DNA of 64,000 nucleotides from Oscillospiraceae bacterium (GTDB lineage: Bacteria; Bacillota; Clostridia; Oscillospirales; Oscillospiraceae). The notes beneath the pieces are model-generated. The model did no database searches. It was not told where the DNA came from and saw only the letters and a list, made by a program, of their open reading frames with translations. Both the position numbers and the translations under genes were made by a program. Within the stretch, counting starts at the first letter, position 1. The number at the start of each line of letters is the position of its first letter. The DNA lies in assembly GCA_016302405.1 (NCBI GenBank), contig JAEDNR010000001.1, positions 362-64,361 of the forward strand, written 5' to 3'. This document shows, piece after piece, positions 57,413 to 64,000 of the stretch.

Positions 57413-60202
57413 TCAAAGCTCCACATCCAGCTTTGCCACTACGGCAGCGCACCGGGGGCACAGGCCCTCTTCGTTGGCCTTTTCGGAGTGCATCCAGCAC
57501 CGGGGGCACTTGGCACCCTTTGCCTCACTGACGCCGATGGTGACCTGGGGAAAGTTGACGCCCTGAGCGGTCTCGGCGCCTTCCTCAGGCTGACTCCAGG
57601 TGCAGTCGGACACGATAAACAGTTCGGAAAGGTTCTTACCCTCACAGGCGGCTTTTACGGCAGTATCCTCTGTGCTGAGGGTCACATGCGCTTCCAGTGC
57701 CTTACCGATCCGCTTGTCGGCCCGGGCCTTTTCCAGGACACCGTTCACATCCTGACGCAGCTTCATGATGGTATCCCACTTGGCCATGGCATCTTCGGAC
57801 AGAGCATACGCCCCAAAGTCCTCGGGCATCTGGTTCAGAAGTACGTTGCGGCTGTCATCGCCGGAGCGGTGGGGCATGGACTGCCAGATCTCGTCGCAGG
57901 TGAAGGCCAGGATGGGGGCAAAGAGCTTTGCCATGGCATCCAGAATCAGGAACAGAGCGGTCTGAGCGGAGCGGCGGCGAAGACCATTGCGCTCCTCGCA
58001 GTACAGCCGATCCTTGATAATATCCAGGTAGAAAGAACTGAGCTCCACTACGCAGAAATCGTTGATGGCGTGGGTTACCACATGGAACTCATAGCCGTTG
58101 TAAGCCTTGCGGCAGAACCTGGTCAGCCCATCCAGCTTGGTCAGGACCCAACGGTCCAGCTCCTCCAGCTGATCCGCGGGAACCAGATTATCGGGGTCGA
58201 AGTCGTTCAGGTTGCCCAGGCAGTACCGGGCGGTGTTGCGGAATTTCAGGTAGTTCTGGGCGATCTGCTTGAAGATCTCCTTGGAGCAGCGCACATCCGC
58301 GTGGTAGTCGGAGGAGGCGGCCCAGAGCCTGACGATGTCGGCGCCGAATTCCTTGATCAGGTCGGCGGGATCCACGCCGTTGCCCAGGGACTTGTGCATG
58401 GCCCGGCCCTGGCCGTCCACGGTCCAGCCGTGGGTGAGGACCTGCTTAAAGGGAGCGCCCTGATCCAGTGCGCCCACGCTGGTCAGCAGACTGGACTGGA
58501 ACCAGCCACGGTACTGGTCGGCGCCCTCCAGATACACATCCGCGGGCCAGAGCTCGGGCGTGCGGTGCATGAGGGAGGCGTAGTGGGTGGAGCCGGAGTC
58601 AAACCAGCAGTCCAGGGTGTCCTTTTCCTTGTCGAAGGTCTTTCCGCCGCAGTGGGGGCAGGTGAAGCCATCGGGAACGAGCTCCATGGCTTCTTTCTCA
58701 AACCAGATGTTGGAGCCGAATTCATCAAACAGGCCGGAGAGCTTTTCGATGGAGGCGGGGGTGGAAACAGGCTTTCCGCAGTCCTTGCAGTAGAAGACGG
58801 GGATGGGCAGGCCCCAACGACGCTGACGGGAGATGCACCAGTCGGCCCGTTCCCGGATCATGCTGACCATCCGGTCACCGCCCCAGGCAGGGAACCACTG
58901 GACGTTCTCAATGGCCTGAACGGCCTGATCCTTGAAAGATTCCACGGAGCAGAACCACTGGGGAGTGGCCCGGAAGATGACGGGCTTCTTGCAGCGGTCA
59001 TGGTGGGGGTAGGAGTGCACGATCTTCTCGGAGGCAAACAGCATTCCACTTTCCTGCATATCCGCCATGATCACAGGATTGGATTCTTCGGTCTTCATTC
59101 CGGCGTACTTTCCGGCATAATCGGTGTGGCGGCCATAATCGTCCACGGGAACGATCAGCTCCATGCCGTAGCGCATACAGGTCTGGTAGTCATCGGCGCC
59201 GAAGCCGGGAGCGGTGTGGACACAGCCGGTACCGGAGTCCATGGTGACGTACTCGGCGTTCACCAGACGGCTGGTCTTGTCCAGGAAGGGATGCTTTGCC
59301 AGCATGTTCTCAAAGAACGCGCCGGGGTAGGAGGCAAGGACCTCGTAGTGTTCGATGCCGCCTACTTTCATGACCTTTTCCAGCAGCGCCTCGGCTACGA
59401 TGTAGGTCTCACCGTTTCCCGCCTTGGCAAGAACATAGCTGTCCCGGGGATGGAGGCAGATGGCCATGTTGCCGGGCAGGGTCCAGATGGTGGTGGTCCA
59501 GATCACGAAGTAGGTCCTGCTCAGATCAAAGCCGGCGAGCTTACCGAGATCGTCTGCCATGGGGAACTTCACATAGACCGTGGTGCAGGGGTCATCCTTG
59601 TATTCGATGTCAGCCTCGGCTACCGCGGTGACACAGTAGGGACACCAGGTCACAGGCTTCAGACCCTTGTAGATATAGCCCTTGTCGAACATCCGGCCAA
59701 AGACCTTGACCTCCTGGGCCTCAAAGTGCCGGTCCATGGTACGGTAGGGGTGCTCCCAATCGCCAACCACACCCAGACGTTTGAAGCCGGACATCTGCTT
59801 CTGAATGAAGTCCTCGGCAAACTCTGCGCAGGCTTTCCGGAACTCCGGCACGGACATGTCCTTGTTCAGCTTCTTCTTGGAGGTTTCGATGGCCCGCTCA
59901 ATGGGCAGACCGTGGTTATCCCAGCCGGGAACATAGGGGGTGTAATACCCCATCATGGCATGGCTGCGGACGATGAAGTCCTTCAGGGTTTTATTCAGCG
60001 CGTGGCCCATGTGGATATAGCCGTTACTGAATGGAGGGCCGTCATGGAGCACAAAGGGAGGAAGATCCTTGTTCTTCTCCAGCATGGTGTTGTAAAGATC
60101 CTGTTCTTCCCAGCGGCTGAGCATTCCCGGCTCCCGGGCGGGAAGCCCGGCTTTCATGGGAAAGTCGGTTTTGGGGGTGATGATGGTATTCTTATAATCC
60201 AT
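57413..60202 (-). CDS. ileS: Isoleucine--tRNA ligase
   Basis: 'HDGPP...HMGH', 'DWCISRQR', 'AMHKS', C-terminal CPRC x2; Ile T-box upstream. Confidence 0.97.
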   Translation of the reverse strand: MDYKNTIITPKTDFPMKAGLPAREPGMLSRWEEQDLYNTMLEKNKDLPPFVLHDGPPFSNGYIHMGHALNKTLKDFIVRSHAMMGYYTPYVPGWDNHGLPIERAIETSKKKLNKDMSVPEFRKACAEFAEDFIQKQMSGFKRLGVVGDWEHPYRTMDRHFEAQEVKVFGRMFDKGYIYKGLKPVTWCPYCVTAVAEADIEYKDDPCTTVYVKFPMADDLGKLAGFDLSRTYFVIWTTTIWTLPGNMAICLHPRDSYVLAKAGNGETYIVAEALLEKVMKVGGIEHYEVLASYPGAFFENMLAKHPFLDKTSRLVNAEYVTMDSGTGCVHTAPGFGADDYQTCMRYGMELIVPVDDYGRHTDYAGKYAGMKTEESNPVIMADMQESGMLFASEKIVHSYPHHDRCKKPVIFRATPQWFCSVESFKDQAVQAIENVQWFPAWGGDRMVSMIRERADWCISRQRRWGLPIPVFYCKDCGKPVSTPASIEKLSGLFDEFGSNIWFEKEAMELVPDGFTCPHCGGKTFDKEKDTLDCWFDSGSTHYASLMHRTPELWPADVYLEGADQYRGWFQSSLLTSVGALDQGAPFKQVLTHGWTVDGQGRAMHKSLGNGVDPADLIKEFGADIVRLWAASSDYHADVRCSKEIFKQIAQNYLKFRNTARYCLGNLNDFDPDNLVPADQLEELDRWVLTKLDGLTRFCRKAYNGYEFHVVTHAINDFCVVELSSFYLDIIKDRLYCEERNGLRRRSAQTALFLILDAMAKLFAPILAFTCDEIWQSMPHRSGDDSRNVLLNQMPEDFGAYALSEDAMAKWDTIMKLRQDVNGVLEKARADKRIGKALEAHVTLSTEDTAVKAACEGKNLSELFIVSDCTWSQPEEGAETAQGVNFPQVTIGVSEAKGAKCPRCWMHSEKANEEGLCPRCAAVVAKLDVEL

Positions 60203-60230
60203 TGAAATTAGCCTCCATTTATAATTATCA

Positions 60231-60475
60231 AAAAACGCGCCTTTGCCTCCTGTAAGAGACAAAGGCGCAAAAACCTCTGCGGTACCACTCTTGTTCCGGA
60301 TTTCTCCGGCACTTTATAAGCGCTGTATCGGGCGCGTCCGGCGCAGCCTACTTGCCCCGGGGGCGTTGGGTGCGCTGCTCAGAGGGGATAAACCAGGGGG
60401 ATGCCCGCTGCCTTGCACCGTCCGGCAGCTCTCTGGGGGCAAAATCCCGAGGCTCGTGTCCTCGTCAATGCGTTT
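60231..60475 (-). promoter_or_regulatory. T-box riboswitch (Ile specifier)
   Basis: Minus strand: AGAGA and GGTGCAA boxes, ATC specifier (GGTTTATCCCCT), AAGAGTGGTACCGC T-box, terminator GCGCCTTTG...CAAAGGCGC + T run. Confidence 0.92.
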
Positions 60476-60484
60476 TCGTATTGA

Positions 60485-61186
60485 TTACCGCTGAGTGGGG
60501 TCGTAGTTCCGGCCGAACTGCAGGTTCAGAGCGGAAAAACGGCTGGTAGTTGCCTCGTTGACAGGATGCTTGGGAGCAGCCTTGGGCGCGGTATCAACGG
60601 TAGTGCCCACAAGGGCTTCCAAATTCTGGGAGATCTCATCGGCCACAGCGTCGCTGTCATATTCCATCTCGGCACTTCTGGCAGGGGCGGCCTTGGGAGC
60701 CTCAGCCACAGGGTTGGCGGTCTTGATCCGCTCCAGAGCCTGGATGCAGGAACGCATCTGGTCCTGGATCTCGCTAATCTTGGTGCTGGCGGTGCGGCGG
60801 GCCTCTTCAAGACGGACGCTCTCTGCGGCGACCAGGGCATCGTTCTGAGCGGAAACCTGGACGGGCACGTCCCTGGGCATAGCCTGGGCAGCGGCCTGGG
60901 CCTGACTCATCATCTGGGCGCACTTTGCTTCGGCCTCTTTGATCATCTTCTCAGCGGTCCTCTGCGCGCTGGCGGCAGATTCCTTCATTGCCTTTTCGTT
61001 TTTACGGTACTCTTCCAGCTTGCCCACCAGGACACGCATCTTGCTCTTGAGCAGGGCGTTTTCCTTGTAAAGGGTCACATAATCCTCGGTGAGGGGCTCC
61101 AGAAACTCATCGACCTGCTGCATATTGTAGCCGCCGAAAGTAGCCTTCCCGAAAGAAATCTGATCAATTTGCTGCGGAGTAAACAT
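60485..61186 (-). CDS. divIVA: DivIVA domain-containing protein
   Basis: 'FTPQQI...FGGYNMQQVDEFL' then coiled coil; sepF-divIVA-ileS synteny. Confidence 0.88.
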   Translation of the reverse strand: MFTPQQIDQISFGKATFGGYNMQQVDEFLEPLTEDYVTLYKENALLKSKMRVLVGKLEEYRKNEKAMKESAASAQRTAEKMIKEAEAKCAQMMSQAQAAAQAMPRDVPVQVSAQNDALVAAESVRLEEARRTASTKISEIQDQMRSCIQALERIKTANPVAEAPKAAPARSAEMEYDSDAVADEISQNLEALVGTTVDTAPKAAPKHPVNEATTSRFSALNLQFGRNYDPTQR

Positions 61187-61234
61187 GAGTATTCCCCTTT
61201 CGGTTCTGAATTAATAAATATTTTTCGAGTATTC

Positions 61235-61810
61235 TCAGACGTAGCTCTCAACTTCCGCCTGCAGCGCTTCCAGGTCGCCCACAATATCCATATTGTGGGG
61301 GCAGAAGAGGTAAGCGGACTGGGCAATCTTCTTTACATCGCCGTCGAGAGCATAGACACAGCCGGACAGGAAATCCACGACCCGTCTGGCCATAGCCTTG
61401 TCCACGTTTTCCATATTGACAATGACCGCCCGGCGGTTGCGCAGATCGTCGGCAGCCTTGGAGGTGTCATTGAAGCTGTTGGGCCGGAAAAGAACGACCG
61501 CCTGCTTATTGGTGACGGAGGAATTCATATTCAGCACGGTTCCGTTGAAGCCGGAGGAGGCCATGGAGCTGGAGGAAGCAGGCGCTACGCTGCCAAAGCC
61601 GTAATCGTCGTCGGCATCTTCCTCTTCGGGTTCGGGAGCGGGAGCGGGAGCGGGAGCGCTGCGGCGGGAAGCGGTACGGGAGCTGGAACGCCGTGCAGGC
61701 TGCTCGGGTTCATCGTACTCATCTTCATATTCTTCGTCTTCGTCGTAATCATCATATTCATCATCGGCGTAGGGCTGGGCAAATTTCTTTACGTTATCCC
61801 AAAAACTCAT
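61235..61810 (-). CDS. sepF: Cell division protein SepF
   Basis: 'RRVVDFLSGCVYALDG'; N-terminal amphipathic helix and acidic linker. Confidence 0.93.
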   Translation of the reverse strand: MSFWDNVKKFAQPYADDEYDDYDEDEEYEDEYDEPEQPARRSSSRTASRRSAPAPAPAPEPEEEDADDDYGFGSVAPASSSSMASSGFNGTVLNMNSSVTNKQAVVLFRPNSFNDTSKAADDLRNRRAVIVNMENVDKAMARRVVDFLSGCVYALDGDVKKIAQSAYLFCPHNMDIVGDLEALQAEVESYV

Positions 61811-61837
61811 TTCTATTTATCCTCCCATATGTTCACA

Positions 61838-62548
61838 TCATACTTGATGAAGCTTGGCATAGTCTCTGGCGCCAAAAATTGCGGTGCCGACCCGGATCAT
61901 AGTGCTGCCGCACCGGATCGCGTCAGGGTAGTCTTCAGACATGCCCATGGACAAACAGTCCACCTTGACATTATCGTATTTTTTGGCCCGTATGTCAACA
62001 TAAAAATGGAACATTTTTTGAAAAAATTTCAGATTTCCTCCCGATTCCTGGCAAATTGGGGGAATCGCCATGAGTCCTCTCATACAAACGTTCGGGAAAC
62101 TGCCCATTTTTTCCACCAGGGGAAAAATTTCTTCCTCCTGAAAACCGGATTTTGACGCCTCCTTGCCGATATTGATTTCCAGAAGAATATCCTGCCGGAT
62201 GCCCTGGCGGGCGGCTTCCCGGTCAATGGCTTCCAGAAGGCGCAGGCTGTCCACGCTCTGGATAAGGTCCACCTTGCCTACCACCTGGCGCACCTTATTG
62301 GTCTGCAAGTGGCCGATGAAGTGGACGGGAACGCCCCGATAGGAATCCTCGCTTTGCTTTTTTGTCAGCTCCTGGACACGGTTTTCCCCGCAGCAGTCCA
62401 CTCCGGCGCGGATGGCCTCCCGGACGGCGGCGGTGTCATTCATTTTGGTGGCGGCGCAGAGCTGTATGGTGCTGGGGTCCCGGCCGGCTTCCCGGGCGGC
62501 TTGCTCCATTTCCGCGCGGATGCGGGCTACGTTTTCGGCTATGGACAT
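61838..62548 (-). CDS. yggS: YggS family PLP homeostasis protein
   Basis: 'GENRVQE', 'HFIGHLQTNK', 'LSMGMS', 'RVGTAIFG'. Confidence 0.95.
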   Translation of the reverse strand: MSIAENVARIRAEMEQAAREAGRDPSTIQLCAATKMNDTAAVREAIRAGVDCCGENRVQELTKKQSEDSYRGVPVHFIGHLQTNKVRQVVGKVDLIQSVDSLRLLEAIDREAARQGIRQDILLEINIGKEASKSGFQEEEIFPLVEKMGSFPNVCMRGLMAIPPICQESGGNLKFFQKMFHFYVDIRAKKYDNVKVDCLSMGMSEDYPDAIRCGSTMIRVGTAIFGARDYAKLHQV

Positions 62549-62553
62549 GATAG

Positions 62554-63090
62554 TTACCTCTCTTTCTTTCGGAAATCCTCTGCAAGCATGGCATAGACGC
62601 AGGTGTCCTGCCAGATGGGATTTCCGTCTTGATCCCGGCGGAACCAGACGTTCTGCCGCAAAAGCGCTTCCCGGCGGAAGCCCAGCTTTTCCAAAAGCGC
62701 CCGTGAGCATTCATTTCGGGGGTCGCATTCGGCATAGACCCTGTGAACATCCGATGAAAAGCACTTGGCCAGGACAGCGGTTACGGCTTCAAAAGCAAAG
62801 CCTCTGCGCTGGTAATCCTTGTTGACGATGAAGCCGACCTCCCGGGCGGAAAAATCCCGGGACCCGCAATATACATTGCTGATAACCTTTCCGGTAGCTT
62901 TCAGCGCCATGGCGTAAAAGGCGTCGCTTCCCAGCCGGTAACAAAGGTGCTCCCGGCCGTTTTCATAGGTAATGCCGGGATAGGCTTCAAATGCGTCTTC
63001 CCGCCGCTGGGACAGGAATTCATACAGGTCATCGTAATCTTCCTCGGCAAAGGGCCGAAGGAGCAGACGCTGGGTTTCTATGGGCTCCAT
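62554..63090 (-). CDS. GNAT family acetyltransferase (RimJ/RimL type)
   Basis: 'IETQRLLLRPF', 'YQRRGFAFEA', 'NECSRALLEKLGFRRE'. Confidence 0.88.
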   Translation of the reverse strand: MEPIETQRLLLRPFAEEDYDDLYEFLSQRREDAFEAYPGITYENGREHLCYRLGSDAFYAMALKATGKVISNVYCGSRDFSAREVGFIVNKDYQRRGFAFEAVTAVLAKCFSSDVHRVYAECDPRNECSRALLEKLGFRREALLRQNVWFRRDQDGNPIWQDTCVYAMLAEDFRKKER

Positions 63091-63137
63091 AGCGGTTCCT
63101 TTCTTTTTCCGAAAAAACGGCAACGATTCAGAAACTG

Positions 63138-63472
63138 GGTCAGATAAATGATCGTTTATATGACCAATGCGATTCGATAGCTGCACTGGCGCGGGAATCT
63201 CCGACGTACAGCAGGGCACGAATCAATTAAGGTGTCATTCCGAACCAGTCCTCAGACTGGTGTGGGAATCCCCCTCGTCATTGTGACCGCTTTCTTCTAA
63301 AGATGGAGATTGCCACGCCAGTTAGAGAACTGGCTCGCAATGACCGGGAATTCGTACTCCCCCCGTCCCTGCGCTAGCGCAGGGACACCCCCCTCACAAG
63401 TGCGGGGGGCAAGGAGTCTAACCACCCGTACACCATTTGGGGCCAGTGCGCTAAACGATCATTTACTACAAA
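63138..63472. repeat. Cassette D: dif-like ends carrying the module of B plus an inverted module of A
   Basis: Perfect 14-bp inverted repeat TAAATGATCGTTTA (63145-58) / TAAACGATCATTTA (63452-65); 63232-354 resembles B; 63353-414 resembles the reverse complement of 21429-494. Confidence 0.85.
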
Positions 63473-63547
63473 AAATTTCGGTACGACTGGATAGTTACAA
63501 GAAACGGAAAAAGCGGCGGGATAAAACCGCCGCTTTTCAGGTGGAGA

Positions 63548-63778
63548 TTACACGGTAGCAGCAGCGGCCTTTAATGGCCGGATCGGGGCAAGGGTGGAGA
63601 TGGCGTGCTTGTAGATCATCTGCTGCCGCCCGTCCGTCACCAGCACCACCACAAAGCTGTCGTAGCCTGTGATTGTGCCCCTGAGCTGGAATCCGTTCAT
63701 CAGGAACAGTGTCACCGGCACCTTGTCCCGGCGCACTTCCTTCAAAATGGCATCCTGTAAATTCACTTGTTCCGTCAT
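63548..63778 (-). CDS. hfq: RNA chaperone Hfq
   Basis: 'NLQDAIL...FLMNGFQLRG...MIYKHAIST'. Confidence 0.97.
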   Translation of the reverse strand: MTEQVNLQDAILKEVRRDKVPVTLFLMNGFQLRGTITGYDSFVVVLVTDGRQQMIYKHAISTLAPIRPLKAAAATV

Positions 63779-63829
63779 ATGTATACCTTCTTTCTTGCTT
63801 CAAATAGGGTATACACATCCTAGCACGTT

Positions 63830-64000
63830 TTAGTTGTCGAATTCCTGAAGAATCTGTCGGGCCTGACGGATTATTTCATCCGGCGCTCCGTCTTCCTCCC
63901 GGGCGATCCAGTGCATATTCGGGTTCCGGCGGAACCAGGTAAGCTGCCGTTTGGCATAGCGCCGGGAGGACTGGCAGACCTCCGCGGCGGCGTCACAAAG
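63830..64000 (-). CDS. miaA: tRNA dimethylallyltransferase, C-terminal part (gene runs off the window)
   Basis: Translates to 'SSRRYAKRQLTWFRR'; miaA-hfq synteny. Confidence 0.92.
   Translation of the reverse strand, partial: LCDAAAEVCQSSRRYAKRQLTWFRRNPNMHWIAREEDGAPDEIIRQARQILQEFDN

Noticed and set aside
61630..61660. GGGAGC tandem repeat
   Set aside because: It encodes the PAPAPAP linker of SepF; in-frame and unremarkable.
63445..63472. The true chromosomal dif site
   Set aside because: It lacks the conserved TTATGT XerD arm and is one of ten similar sites, so it is treated only as dif-like.

Overview
A GC-rich, mostly core-genome window from a spore-forming Clostridia-type bacterium; an Oscillospiraceae-like origin is my inference from gene style. 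Housekeeping blocks: pgk-tpiA-sua5-coaE-M18 peptidase, potABCD, a Zn/Mn ABC transporter with trmO, ylxM-ffh-rpsP-khpA-rimM-trmD-cobB, and miaA-hfq...yggS-sepF-divIVA-ileS. RNA elements: a TPP riboswitch (thiT), an Ile T-box and tRNA-Ser(CGA). Also present: a TRAP/TAXI transporter, a GH29 fucosidase, an EF-G paralog, FtsH, a sigmaF-preceded SpoIIQ-like gene, a BlaI/BlaR-like pair and a Ni/Co chaperone-regulator trio. The most unusual signal is non-coding. Five intergenic cassettes of about 110-335 bp are each bounded by related 28-bp, dif-like 11-6-11 sites and carry interchangeable REP-like hairpin modules. A 2.6-kb lower-GC islet after the tRNA is bounded by a perfect 56-bp direct repeat and contains a symmetric TGATAT/ATATCA hairpin lattice plus an ECF sigma/anti-sigma pair. 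Other oddities are a P1B-ATPase-like membrane protein lacking catalytic motifs, an unlisted 42-aa ORF before truA, and a duplicated palindrome at the ylxM promoter. No transposase, integrase or CRISPR array is visible. Gene calls come from motif recognition by eye; no database searches were run.
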